Shown one piece after another: positions 49,616 through 59,288 of a stretch of 64,000 nt of DNA. The DNA is from an uncultured Candidatus Rokubacteria bacterium (lineage in GTDB: Bacteria > Methylomirabilota > Methylomirabilia > Rokubacteriales > DASRDR01). Position numbers and translations under genes: made by a program. The stretch covers positions 384,001 to 448,000 of the forward strand of contig CAWDVE010000017.1 in the NCBI GenBank assembly GCA_963805625.1, given 5' to 3'. The notes beneath the pieces are model-generated. The model was not told where the DNA came from. It did not search any database and saw only the letters and a list, made by a program, of their open reading frames with translations. Each line of letters begins with the position of its first letter. The stretch's first letter is position 1.

Positions 49616-51120
49616 AGCTCGACGTCCGCGCGAAGTCCCCGGTCGAAACTCCCGGGGATGCCCTGGTCCTGGAGTGCTATTCCGGGGCAGACCGGTTCGG
49701 GCCCGAGATGCGCCGCGTCGATCTCGCCTTGGGAGGCCTCCTCACGCTGGCCCTTCGCGACCAGCGGTTCGAAGGCCGCGCGGCCGAGGTCGCGGACCTC
49801 CACACCGGAGGACGGCTTCCCGTCAAGCGAGTCCTGGTCGTCGGGCTCGGACCGCGCGCAGAGTGCACGGCCGAGGTGCTGCGGCGCGCGGCCGCCACCG
49901 GGGCGCGCCGGGCCCGCGATCTCGGGGCCGCGAGCCTCGTGATCCCGGTGCTCGGCACGCGGGCGCCGGCGCTGGGGTTGGCTCTCCGGGCCCAAGCGAC
50001 CGGTGAGGGGGTGCTGCTGGGTCTCTACAGCTTCAACCGCTACAAGGAGAAGCGGAACGGCGACCGGGCGGTCGCGGGTGTGTCCCTCCTCGTGCCGGCG
50101 GTACGGGACCGGGCGCCGGCGCGGGAGGGGTTTCGCCGTGCCGAGCTGTCCGCCGAGGCGACCTGCTTCGCCCGCGACCTGATCAACGAGCCGGCGAACA
50201 GCGTGACGGCCTCGGCGCTCGCGGAAATCGCGCGGGCCATCGCGCGCGAGGCCGGGCTGCGCCTCCGGGTGCTCGACCGCGCGGCGTGCGAGAAGTTGGG
50301 AATGGGCGCGTTCCTGGGCGTGAACCGCGGGAGCGTGGAGCCGCCCCAGTTCATCCACCTCGCGTACGTGCCGCGGCGGCCGGCTCGCCGTCGGCTCGCC
50401 CTGATCGGCAAGGGCATCACCTTCGACTCGGGGGGGCTCGATCTCAAGACGGCCGAGGGCATGGAGCGCATGAAGGGCGACATGTCGGGGGCGGCGGCGG
50501 TCCTCGGCGTGCTCAAGGTGCTGCCGCGGCTCAGGCCCGCCATCGAGGTGCACGGTCTCGTCGCGGCGACCGACAACATGCCGTCCGGCTCCGCCACCAA
50601 GCCGGGCGATGTGCTGCGCGCGATGAACGGCAAGACGATCGAGGTCAACAACACCGACGCCGAGGGGCGCCTGACGCTGGCGGACGCGATCGCCTACGCC
50701 CGGAAGGAGATCAAGCCGCACGAGATCGTCGACATCGCCACGCTGACCGGAGCGTGTTCCATCGCGCTGGGCAGCCTCTGCGCCGGTGCCATGTCGAACA
50801 ACGCCGCGCTCCAGTCGCGGGTGCTGGCGGCGGGCGCGCGGGTCGGGGAGCGCCTGTGGCCCCTCCCGCTCATCGACGAGTATCACGAAGGCTTGCGAAG
50901 CGAGGTGGCGGACCTCCGGAACACCGGGCCCCGCCCGGGCGGCGCGATCACGGCCGGGCTCTTCATCCGCGAGTTCGCCGGTGACACGCCGTGGGTGCAC
51001 CTCGACATCGCCGGCGTCGCCTTCACCGACAAGGACCTCCCGTACGCGTCGAAGGGCGGCGTCGGGTTCGGCGCGCGCACCCTCATCGAGTACGTGCTCG
51101 GCGCTGCCGGGCGGGGGTGA
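49612..51120 (+). CDS. pepA: Leucyl aminopeptidase (M17)
   Basis: GKGITFDSGG, MKGDMSG, NNTDAEGRL, ATLTG, HLDIAG. Confidence 0.96.
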   Translation: MKLDVRAKSPVETPGDALVLECYSGADRFGPEMRRVDLALGGLLTLALRDQRFEGRAAEVADLHTGGRLPVKRVLVVGLGPRAECTAEVLRRAAATGARRARDLGAASLVIPVLGTRAPALGLALRAQATGEGVLLGLYSFNRYKEKRNGDRAVAGVSLLVPAVRDRAPAREGFRRAELSAEATCFARDLINEPANSVTASALAEIARAIAREAGLRLRVLDRAACEKLGMGAFLGVNRGSVEPPQFIHLAYVPRRPARRRLALIGKGITFDSGGLDLKTAEGMERMKGDMSGAAAVLGVLKVLPRLRPAIEVHGLVAATDNMPSGSATKPGDVLRAMNGKTIEVNNTDAEGRLTLADAIAYARKEIKPHEIVDIATLTGACSIALGSLCAGAMSNNAALQSRVLAAGARVGERLWPLPLIDEYHEGLRSEVADLRNTGPRPGGAITAGLFIREFAGDTPWVHLDIAGVAFTDKDLPYASKGGVGFGARTLIEYVLGAAGRG

Positions 51121-51132
51121 GACGACGGTTCG

Positions 51133-51960
51133 GTGAGCGGCATCGACCTCCACACGCACACGACGGCCTCGGATGGCACGTACGCGCCTGCCGAGCTGGT
51201 CCGCGAGGCCGTCCGGCGCGGCGTGAGAGTCCTCGCGGTGACGGACCATGACTCGGTCGATGCCGTGGTGCCGGCCCTCCTGGCTGCCCAGGACCATCCG
51301 CCGCTCGAGATCGTGCCGGGTATCGAGATCAACACGGACGACCCAGGGGGCGAGATCCACATACTCGGCTACTTCGTCGACCATGAAGCCCTCTGGCTGC
51401 TCGACCTCCTGCGGGAGTTCAGAGCCGAGCGGGCGGCGCGGGTGCACCGCATCGTGGACCGGCTGACGGCGCTGGGTCACCCGATCGACGCCGAGGAGGT
51501 GTTTGCACTGGTCCGGGAGGGCTCGGCCGGCCGGCCGCACGTCGCGCAGGTCATGGTCCGACGCGGCTACGTCGGCACCGTCCGCGAGGCCTTCGACCGC
51601 TTCCTGGCGGCGGGGAAGGCGGCGTACGTCCCCCACCGGAAGGTCGCTCCCCGTGAGGCGTGCGAGATCATCCGCCGGGCGGGCGGGCTGGCGGTTGTGG
51701 CGCACCCGGGATTCCACGAGGACCCCGAGCATATGATCCGGGAGCTTGCCGGCACGGGCCTCCTCGACGGCGTCGAGTGCTACTACGCCGAGCACTCCCC
51801 GGAGCAGACGGCGCAGTTCCTGGGTCTCTGCCGGGAGCTGAGCCTCGCGCCCACGGGCGGATCCGACTTCCACGGACCTCGCGTCCGGGCCGCGACGCTA
51901 GGCCTGCCTCCCGTTCCCTGGGAGGCCTGGAAGGCGCTTCGCCGCCGCGCCGGACGCTGA
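51133..51960 (+). CDS. PHP-domain phosphoesterase (YciV/TrpH-like)
   Basis: DLHTHTTASDG, TDHD, HILGY, GRPH, AHP, GGSDFHG. Confidence 0.92.
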   Translation: MSGIDLHTHTTASDGTYAPAELVREAVRRGVRVLAVTDHDSVDAVVPALLAAQDHPPLEIVPGIEINTDDPGGEIHILGYFVDHEALWLLDLLREFRAERAARVHRIVDRLTALGHPIDAEEVFALVREGSAGRPHVAQVMVRRGYVGTVREAFDRFLAAGKAAYVPHRKVAPREACEIIRRAGGLAVVAHPGFHEDPEHMIRELAGTGLLDGVECYYAEHSPEQTAQFLGLCRELSLAPTGGSDFHGPRVRAATLGLPPVPWEAWKALRRRAGR

Positions 51961-52066
51961 CGCCGTCCTGGCCGCGGGGCGCGCTCCGAGCTGCCGGGTC
52001 CCCGCCGCCGCCCTGCGCCCCGGAGCTGGGAGGCGGCGGCGAGGCGTCCGGCAGGTAAGCGCGCCA

Positions 52067-52800
52067 GTGTGGCGGCTGCGTCGACCCGCGCGGACCCGGC
52101 GCAGTGCGATCGCCGTCATCGTCGCGACCCTCGCGGTGGCGATGATGTGGCTGCGGCCCCGTGGAGCTATCCGTCGCATCGCCGACCCGGAGGTGGTTGC
52201 CGTCGTCGGCCCCCAGACGAGTGGCGAAGGACGCGCGGTCGCGGCGCTCCTGAGCCGGGCCGACCTGGCCACGATCACCCCGAGCGCGACGACCTTCGAC
52301 ATCACCGACCCCGAAATGAGGGACCAGCGCCCCGGCGGCCGGGCCGTCTACTTCCGGACCGTGGGGACGGACCTGGCGCAGGGCCGAGCCATGGCGCGCT
52401 TCGCGCACGACCGCCTCGGAGTGCGGCGAATCGTCCTGATCGACGACGGAACCGATTTCGCTGTGCGGATGGTCCTGACGCTCGCGCGCCAGGCCGGCGA
52501 CCTCGGCATGACGGTGCTCGCCCGGAAGCAGATCCCCTGGACCGAAGGCGACTACCGGCCCCAGCTCCGCGCTCGATCCGGAGGCCTCGGCTGGAGCCAG
52601 AACAAGTGGTACGTCGAGCAGTACCTCCGCCGTCACCCTGACGCCCTCTTCGAGCCAGATGGACCGTAGGCGGGCACGATCTTCGTCTCGGTCAACAAGT
52701 ACGTCGGGCTGTGATGCGCGGAGAGGTACCGCTGGCTTCGGGAGAACTTCGAGCCCGTCGGGCACATCGCCACGGGCACCTGGTCTTCCGGGTACCCTCG
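52067..52800 (+). pseudogene. Mosaic relic: LivK-type middle fragment fused to a stop-interrupted fragment of another gene
   Basis: VVAVVGPQTSG...ITPSAT...YFRTVGTDLAQG...DYRPQL, then WSQNKWYVEQYL...*...VSVN..*..YRWLRENFEPVGHIA. Confidence 0.6.
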
Positions 52801-52946
52801 AGGCGCTCCTGCGGGTGACCGACCCTCTGCCGGCCGACTCGGGGGACAAGGAGAACTGACCGGGCGCTCGCGGAGTGCGCACCCGACCTTCCGGCCCCGG
52901 TCAAGCATCCCGCCTCCCTGCCGCGGCAGGTCTGCCGCGGCAGGTC

Positions 52947-52975
52947 TTGACAGGATCCCGGTCAGCCCCTATCGT
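52947..52975 (+). promoter_or_regulatory. sigma70 promoter of aroF leader
   Basis: TTGACA-17-TATCGT. Confidence 0.75.
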
Positions 52976-52985
52976 GCGAGGCGTC

Positions 52986-53066
52986 ATGCAGGTGCGGGAC
53001 GCGGGCCAGACGGGCTTTTTTGGCCACTACTTTAGCTACCGTCTGCCCGGCGGCCCCATGCCGTAG
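52986..53066 (+). CDS. Phe/Tyr-rich attenuator leader peptide (26 aa)
   Basis: [26 protein letters not shown]; 3 Phe (all TTT) and 2 Tyr in 8 codons. Confidence 0.8.
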   Translation: MQVRDAGQTGFFGHYFSYRLPGGPMP

Positions 53067-53083
53067 CGCGAACCGAACAACAC

Positions 53084-53132
53084 AGGGGCCACGGGCGGAC
53101 GGACCCGCCACTCGTGGCCCCTTTTGCTTTTT
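53084..53132 (+). terminator. Attenuator terminator hairpin
   Basis: AGGGGCCACG...CGTGGCCCCT then TTTGCTTTTT; 5' arm can alternatively pair with 53041-53057. Confidence 0.85.
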
Positions 53133-53172
53133 CGGGCACGCGCCGGGTTCGGACCGCCGGGAGGGAATCGAG

Positions 53173-54189
53173 ATGATCATCGTGCTGAAACCGGGGATCG
53201 GGGACGCGGAGATCGAGGACGTTTGTCGGCGCATCGAAGCGCTTGGGCTCCGGGCGCACGTGAGCCGCGGCGAGCAGCGCACCGTGATCGGGGCGATCGG
53301 CGACGACCGCTTCAAGACACGACTCCAGGCGCTCGAGGCGCTGGAGTGCGTGGAGAGCATGGTGCCGATCCTCCAGCCGTTCAAGCTCGCGAGCCGGGAG
53401 GTACGTGCGACCGACACCGTCGTTCGCATCGACGGCGTCGCGATCGGCGGCGGGCGGATCGGAGTGATGGCCGGGCCCTGCTCGGTCGAGTCGTGGGAGC
53501 AGCTGCGGACGGTGGCCGAGGACGTCAAGGGGGCCGGCGCCCACCTCCTGCGCGGAGGGGCGTTCAAGCCGCGGACATCGCCCTACGCCTTCCAGGGGCT
53601 CGAGGAGGAGGGGCTCCGGCTCCTCGCCGCGGCGCGCAAGCAGACCGGGCTCCCCGTCATCACCGAGGTCCTCGAGCCAGACAAGGTGGGGGTCGTGGCG
53701 GAGTACGCCGATGTGCTCCAGATCGGGGCGCGCAACTGCCAGAATTTCTCCCTTCTCAAGGAAGTGGGGCAGTGCGGGAAGCCCGTGCTCCTCAAGCGAG
53801 GCATGGCGACGACGATCAAGGAGTTCCTCCTGTCGGCCGAGTACGTCCTGGCGGGGGGCAACCCGAACGTGATCCTGTGTGAGCGGGGAATCCGGACCTT
53901 CGAGACGACCACGCGCTACACACTCGATCTCAACGCGGTTCCGGTGATCAAGAAGCTCTCGCACCTTCCGGTCGTCGTCGACCCGAGCCACGGGACGGGG
54001 CACTGGGAGTACGTGGCGCCCATGGCCAAGGCCGGGATCGCGTGCGGGGCCGACGGGCTCCTGATCGAGGTGCACCACCGGCCGGAGGAGGCGCTCTCGG
54101 ACGGGCCCCAGTCTCTCAAGCCCGACAAGTTCGCGAAGCTGATGCGCGAGCTGCGCGCCCTCGCCGAGGTGCTTGGCCGGACGCTCTGA
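53173..54189 (+). CDS. aroF: DAHP synthase, type I-beta with N-terminal ACT-like domain
   Basis: [48 protein letters not shown]. Confidence 0.96.
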   Translation: MIIVLKPGIGDAEIEDVCRRIEALGLRAHVSRGEQRTVIGAIGDDRFKTRLQALEALECVESMVPILQPFKLASREVRATDTVVRIDGVAIGGGRIGVMAGPCSVESWEQLRTVAEDVKGAGAHLLRGGAFKPRTSPYAFQGLEEEGLRLLAAARKQTGLPVITEVLEPDKVGVVAEYADVLQIGARNCQNFSLLKEVGQCGKPVLLKRGMATTIKEFLLSAEYVLAGGNPNVILCERGIRTFETTTRYTLDLNAVPVIKKLSHLPVVVDPSHGTGHWEYVAPMAKAGIACGADGLLIEVHHRPEEALSDGPQSLKPDKFAKLMRELRALAEVLGRTL

Positions 54190-54547
54190 AATAACCTGCC
54201 GATCTCTCGGCCCGCCATCGAGCCGGGCCCGCCGGGCCTCGTTCCTGGACGGGCGGACCGCGAGACGCTCTTGCGCCGCGATCGCGAGGAATGCAGGCCC
54301 CCGGCTGCACTCCTCGCGGCGGATGAACACGACGAACGAATGACCGACCCTCCGAGGGGTAGATGCGCCCGGAAGGGCCCATTCTCGCCCTCCGCCGCCG
54401 ACGAAAGAGGTCAGGGGATGCACGGGGATCGTCAGTGACGGAGCCCGTCAGCAGCCTATCCGGGCGCGGACGCGAGCGCGGAGCTGGCCTCCCATCCGAC
54501 GGACGTTCGGTCGGTTCGTCGGCGGTGGCATAATGATCTTGAATCTT

Positions 54548-55687
54548 ATGAGCGTACGGCGTTCGGTCATCCGTTCGTGGCGGCGTCTTCGCCGGCCAAC
54601 CCTCGGCCGCCTGCTCTGGGCGTCTGTTGCCCTACACGTGGTCGTGACATTGGGAATCCTTGCCTGGCTCGGGCGGGACTCTTCCCAAGCCCCCCCGCCG
54701 ACCCGGGCACCCCTGATCGTGGAGCTGCCCCCCGCGGAGCCGGGGCCGCCGCTCGTCCGGCCCGAGACGCCGCCGGCCCGCAGCGCCACCCGACCCACGC
54801 CACCAGCCGCGCGCCCTGCTCCTGCGCCGCGTCCGCCCGCGCCCCCGCCGCCGAGCATGGCCAAGCTGCCCGAGCCCCCGCCACCCACGCCGGCGCCGCC
54901 CGTGCCGCCGCCGAGCGTGGCCAGGCTGCCCGAGCCTCCGCCACCCACGCCGGCGCCGCCCGCGCCCGTAACTCCACCTCCAGCCGCCCCGGCTCCTCCC
55001 TCCCCGCCGGTGGTGGCCCGGGCGCCCGAGCCGTCCGAGCCTATGTCGCCGACCCCGGCGACCCCACCATCTCCGTCCCCCGCGCCTCCTGCGGCCTCCG
55101 TCGAGCCGTCGTCACCGGCGGTCGGGACTCGCCCTGCACCTCCCGGAGCCAAGAGCGGGGTGCCCGCCCCTCCCGGGCCCTCGGAGCCGTCCGAGTCCCC
55201 GCTTCTCGGCCGTCAATTCTCGCTCCTCGGGCCTCGCCTTGACCTGCCGCCGTCCGTCGAGACGCCGCCGCCCTCCGGGAGTGGAGGGACGCGCCCGGAG
55301 GGATCGGGGTCCGGGAGCTTTGGATACGAGCGGGATGGCCAGGCCGGCGTGCCGCTGACCACGTCCGACCCGCGGTATGCCGAGTATTTCGCGGAGCTCA
55401 AGCGGCGGATTGAGGCCAACTGGACCTATCCCCAGGAAGCCTCGCGTCGGGGCCAGTCCGGGCAGGGACTCGTCGGCTTCGTGCTCCGAAAGAATGGACA
55501 GGTTCGCGAGGTGGACATCGTCCAGTCGTCCGGCGTCGAGATCCTCGACCGGTATCTGGTCAACGCCATCCGGCTGGCGAGTCCCATGCCGCCCATCCCT
55601 GATCGAATCAGCAACGGCACTCTGCCCGTCGTCTTCGCCTTCACCTACACCCTCTACCAAGGCGTCCGCGTCTTCGGGTTCCAGTGA
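54548..55687 (+). CDS. TonB-family energy transducer
   Basis: TM ASVALH, long Pro-rich linker, WTYPQEA, SSGVEILD, PMPPIP. Confidence 0.88.
   Translation: MSVRRSVIRSWRRLRRPTLGRLLWASVALHVVVTLGILAWLGRDSSQAPPPTRAPLIVELPPAEPGPPLVRPETPPARSATRPTPPAARPAPAPRPPAPPPPSMAKLPEPPPPTPAPPVPPPSVARLPEPPPPTPAPPAPVTPPPAAPAPPSPPVVARAPEPSEPMSPTPATPPSPSPAPPAASVEPSSPAVGTRPAPPGAKSGVPAPPGPSEPSESPLLGRQFSLLGPRLDLPPSVETPPPSGSGGTRPEGSGSGSFGYERDGQAGVPLTTSDPRYAEYFAELKRRIEANWTYPQEASRRGQSGQGLVGFVLRKNGQVREVDIVQSSGVEILDRYLVNAIRLASPMPPIPDRISNGTLPVVFAFTYTLYQGVRVFGFQ
54845..54964 (+). repeat. 60-bp tandem duplication in TonB linker
   Basis: PPPS(M/V)A(K/R)LPEPPPPTPAPP twice. Confidence 0.85.
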
Positions 55688-57201
55688 ACCGGCTGCTCCG
55701 TTGCGTCCTGCCGCTCCTGGTCGCCGGCCTGCTTGCGGCCTGCGTCGCGCGGGAGCCTGACCGCCCCCCGGTTCGCCTCACGTTCCTCCAGTTCAACGAC
55801 CACTACATCCTGGAGCCCGCCGATCGCGAGCGCCAGAAGGGCGGCATGGCGCGGATCGCGACGCTGGTCGCGCGGACGCGGGCGGAGTCGCCGCACACCA
55901 TGCTCGCGCTGGCGGGGGACACGATCTCCCCGTCCATCATGTCGGCAGTGCTCCGGGGCGAGCAGATGATCGCTGCGTGGAATCAGCTCGGACTCGATGT
56001 CGCCACGTTCGGGAACCACGAGTTCGATTTCGGAGCGCCGAACCTGCTAGCGCGGATGCGCGAGTCGCGCTTCGCGTGGGTATCGGCGAACGTGCTGGAT
56101 CGCGCGACCGGCCGACCGTTCGGAGGCGCCCGCCCGACGCACGTGGTCGAGCAGGACGGGGTGCAGGTGGGATTCTTCGGCCTCACCGTTGCCGATACCC
56201 CGCAGACGTCGAGCCCGGGTCCGGGAGTCGAGTTCCGCGATCCGATCGCCGCCGCCCGAGTGGCCGTGGCCGAGCTTCGGACCGGCCGCCGCCCGATCGT
56301 GGTGGCGGTCACGCACCAGGACATGCCGGCCGACGAGCAGATGGCGCGCGCGGTGCCGGGCATCCACCTCGTCATCGGCGGCCACGAGCACGACCCACTG
56401 GAGAACGTCGTCGGGGATACGCTGATCACCAAGGCGGGGGCGGACGGCGTCTTCGTCGTGCGCGTCGACCTCCAGGCGACCCGCGACGGCAAGGTCCTGG
56501 CTCGCCAGCACCGCTTCATCCCCATCACGCCCGAGCTGCCGGAGGATCCGGCGATGGCCGCGCTGGTCGCCCGCTACCAGGCTCGCCTCAGCGACGCGCT
56601 CGACGTGCGGATCGGCGAGACCCGGGTGCCGCTGGACGCGCGCAACGCCGCGCTTCGGACGGGCGAGACGAACATCGGCAACCTCGTCACCGACGTCATG
56701 CGGGCGAGGCTCCGGGCCGATGTGGCGATCATGAACGGAGGCGGGATCCGAGGGAACCAGCTCCTCCCGGCTGGTTCCATGACCAAGCGGGACGTCAATG
56801 CGCTCCTGCCCTTTCTGAACGTCCTGGTCATGCTGGAGGTGCCAGGCAAGGTCCTCCTGGACGTGCTCGAGCGCTCGGTTGGCGTCTTTCCGAGGGAGTT
56901 CGGCGGGTTTCTCCAGGTCTCGGGGCTCAGCCTCGTCTTCGACCCCGCCCGTCCGGCCGGCCAGCGTGTCGTGCGGGTGCTCGTGGGCGGCCAGCCACTG
57001 GACCCTGAGCGGCGCTACACGGTGGCGACCAACAGCTATACGGCCGAGGGCGGCGACGGGTACGCGATGTTGGCCACGGCGAAGCCCCTCGTGTTCCCCC
57101 AGGACGGCCCTGGACTGGCGGAAACCCTCCTCGAGGCCATCGAGCGCGCCGGGGTGATTGCCCCGAGCACCGAGGGGCGGATCACTCGGTCGAGCCCTTG
57201 A
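55684..57201 (+). CDS. Bifunctional metallophosphatase / 5'-nucleotidase, lipoprotein
   Basis: LAAC lipobox, AGD, FGNHEFD, GGHEH, NGGGIR, GGDGY. Confidence 0.92.
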   Translation: MNRLLRCVLPLLVAGLLAACVAREPDRPPVRLTFLQFNDHYILEPADRERQKGGMARIATLVARTRAESPHTMLALAGDTISPSIMSAVLRGEQMIAAWNQLGLDVATFGNHEFDFGAPNLLARMRESRFAWVSANVLDRATGRPFGGARPTHVVEQDGVQVGFFGLTVADTPQTSSPGPGVEFRDPIAAARVAVAELRTGRRPIVVAVTHQDMPADEQMARAVPGIHLVIGGHEHDPLENVVGDTLITKAGADGVFVVRVDLQATRDGKVLARQHRFIPITPELPEDPAMAALVARYQARLSDALDVRIGETRVPLDARNAALRTGETNIGNLVTDVMRARLRADVAIMNGGGIRGNQLLPAGSMTKRDVNALLPFLNVLVMLEVPGKVLLDVLERSVGVFPREFGGFLQVSGLSLVFDPARPAGQRVVRVLVGGQPLDPERRYTVATNSYTAEGGDGYAMLATAKPLVFPQDGPGLAETLLEAIERAGVIAPSTEGRITRSSP

Positions 57202-57214
57202 GAGGGTATGGCGC

Positions 57215-57244
57215 TTGACAGCCCAAAGGTGCTGTTGGTACGCT
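57215..57244 (+). promoter_or_regulatory. sigma70 promoter of tRNA-Val/thrS
   Basis: TTGACA-18-TACGCT with TG extended -10. Confidence 0.7.
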
Positions 57245-57261
57245 GTTTTGCGCTCCAGGCC

Positions 57262-57336
57262 AGGGACGTAGCTCAGTGGGAGAGCGCCTGTCTGACGCAC
57301 AGGAGGTCGGCGGTTCGAAACCGCCCGTCCCTACCA
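57262..57336 (+). tRNA. tRNA-Val(GAC)
   Basis: Full cloverleaf: AGGGACG/CGTCCCT acceptor, CCTGT-CTGACGC-ACAGG anticodon arm, TTCGAAA T-loop, encoded CCA. Confidence 0.97.
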
Positions 57337-57404
57337 CGTACGACATCGCGCGAGGGGTGTCCTGACGCACGGTGTGAGTGACCCGAGTGAGGCGGCTCGC
57401 AGAG

Positions 57405-57441
57405 CATCACGAAGGGTGACCTTCGTGATGTTTTTGTCTTT
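57405..57441 (+). terminator. Intrinsic terminator between tRNA-Val and thrS
   Basis: CATCACGAAGG-gtga-CCTTCGTGATG then TTTTTGTCTTT. Confidence 0.85.
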
Positions 57442-57480
57442 GAGGACCAGGGCGGTCCGGGGAGAGATTCGGCGGACGGG

Positions 57481-59283
57481 ATGGTGGACGAGACACACGC
57501 GCATCTGACAGGGGCGGGCGAGTACGACTGTGCCCTCGAGCCCCTCCCCACGCTCAGGCACTCTACGGCTCACCTGCTGGCCCAGGCGGTGACGCAGGTG
57601 TTCCCGGGGGTCAAGCTTGCCATCGGGCCTCCCATCGAGAACGGCTTCTACTACGACTTCCACCGGGACGTGCCCTTCACCGAGGAGGATCTCGCCCGCC
57701 TCGAGGAGCGCATGCGCGATCTCGCGAAGGCGGACTACCCGATCGTGCGCGAGGAGCGGTCGCGGGCGGACGCGATACGCTACTACCGCGAGCGCGATGA
57801 GCCGTTCAAGGTCGAGATCCTCGAGGCGCTGCCGGCCGACGTGACGCGGGTGTCCTTCTACCGGCAGGGGGAATTCGTCGACCTCTGCCGCGGTCCCCAC
57901 GTGACTGGGACCGGCCACATCCAGGCGTTCAAGCTCCTGTCCTCCTCGGGGGCCTACTGGCGGGGCGACGAGCACCGGCCCATGCTCCAGCGCATCTACG
58001 GGACGGCCTGGTTCACGCAGGAAGAACTCGACCGGCATCTGTGGCGACTCGAAGAGAGCAAGCGCCGCGACCACCGGAAGCTCGGCCGCGAGCTCGAGCT
58101 CTTCGCGTTCCACGACGTCTCGCCGGGGGCGCCCTTCTGGCTCCCCAAGGGCATGATTGTCTTCCGCGAGCTCGAGCGTTTCGAGCGCGAGCTGCAGGAT
58201 GCGCAGGGCTACCAGGAAATCTCGACGCCGATCCTGGTGAACAAGCGACTCTGGGAGCAATCGGGGCATTGGGAGCACTATTCCGAGAACATGTTCAAGG
58301 TCGAGGCCGAGGAGCAGATCTTCAGCCTCAAGCCGATGAACTGTCCCGAGTCGACGTTCGTCTATCGGCAGGCGCTCCGCTCGTACCGGGATCTGCCCCT
58401 CCGCTTTTCAGAGATGGGCCGGCTCCATCGGAACGAGCGCTCGGGCACGCTCACCGGACTCTTCCGGGTGCGCCAATTCACGCAGGATGACGCGCACATC
58501 TACTGCCGGCCCGATCAGCTGCAGGAGGAGATCCGTGCGGTTCTCGGGCTGGTCGCGACGTTCTACCGGACATTCGGGCTCGAGCCCACGTTCCGCTTCG
58601 CCACGCGACCCGAGAAGTATCTCGGAACGCCGGAGCAGTGGGACGCGGCGGAGCGGGCCCTCGAGCAGGCGCTCCGGGTCAATGACCTGCCCTTCACGCT
58701 CAAGCCCGGCGACGGCGCGTTCTACGCTCCGAAGATCGACATCCACATCGAGGACCTTCTCGGGCGTGACTGGCAGATGGCGACCATCCAGGCGGACCTG
58801 ACGATGTTGCCCGACCGGTTCGAGCTCGAGTACGTCGACTCGGACGGGCGGCCAAAGCGTCCGGTGGTGATTCATCGGGCAATCCTCGGCTCGTTCGAGC
58901 GCTTCGTAGGGATCCTGACCGAGCACTTCGCGGGCGCCTTTCCCACGTGGCTGGCGCCGGTCCAGGTGCGGGTCCTCCCGGTGTCGGCCAAGCACGCCGA
59001 GTACGCGGGGACGGTCCACCGGCGCCTGCTCGAGGCCGGCGCGCGGGCCGAGCTCGACGACCGCTCGGAGAAGCTTGGGTACAGGGTGCGCGAGGCGCAG
59101 GTCCAGAAGGTGCCGTACGTGCTGGTCGTGGGTGAGCGCGAGGCCCGCGAGGGCACCGCAAGCGTTCGCAAAAGAGGCGGCGAGGACGTCGGGGCGATGC
59201 CCGTCGACCGGTTCCTCGCCGAGGTCACGGCCGAGATCCGGACCCGGGCCGCGACTTCACGCATCGGGCCGGAACGGGGGTAA
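57481..59283 (+). CDS. thrS: Threonine--tRNA ligase (short form lacking TGS domain)
   Basis: RHSTAHLLA, GFYYDF, DLCRGPH, RDHRKLG, KPMNCP, IHRAILGSFERF. Confidence 0.98.
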   Translation: MVDETHAHLTGAGEYDCALEPLPTLRHSTAHLLAQAVTQVFPGVKLAIGPPIENGFYYDFHRDVPFTEEDLARLEERMRDLAKADYPIVREERSRADAIRYYRERDEPFKVEILEALPADVTRVSFYRQGEFVDLCRGPHVTGTGHIQAFKLLSSSGAYWRGDEHRPMLQRIYGTAWFTQEELDRHLWRLEESKRRDHRKLGRELELFAFHDVSPGAPFWLPKGMIVFRELERFERELQDAQGYQEISTPILVNKRLWEQSGHWEHYSENMFKVEAEEQIFSLKPMNCPESTFVYRQALRSYRDLPLRFSEMGRLHRNERSGTLTGLFRVRQFTQDDAHIYCRPDQLQEEIRAVLGLVATFYRTFGLEPTFRFATRPEKYLGTPEQWDAAERALEQALRVNDLPFTLKPGDGAFYAPKIDIHIEDLLGRDWQMATIQADLTMLPDRFELEYVDSDGRPKRPVVIHRAILGSFERFVGILTEHFAGAFPTWLAPVQVRVLPVSAKHAEYAGTVHRRLLEAGARAELDDRSEKLGYRVREAQVQKVPYVLVVGEREAREGTASVRKRGGEDVGAMPVDRFLAEVTAEIRTRAATSRIGPERG

Positions 59284-59288
59284 GGCGC

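Noticed and set aside
54190-54530. ncRNA or gene in the aroF-tonB spacer (hairpin ~54283-54318)
   Set aside because: One GC-rich hairpin without U-tail or family resemblance; insufficient support
57262-57480. Integrated element at tRNA-Val or T-box leader
   Set aside because: No integrase, no duplicated tRNA 3' end seen, no T-box consensus; flanks are housekeeping genes
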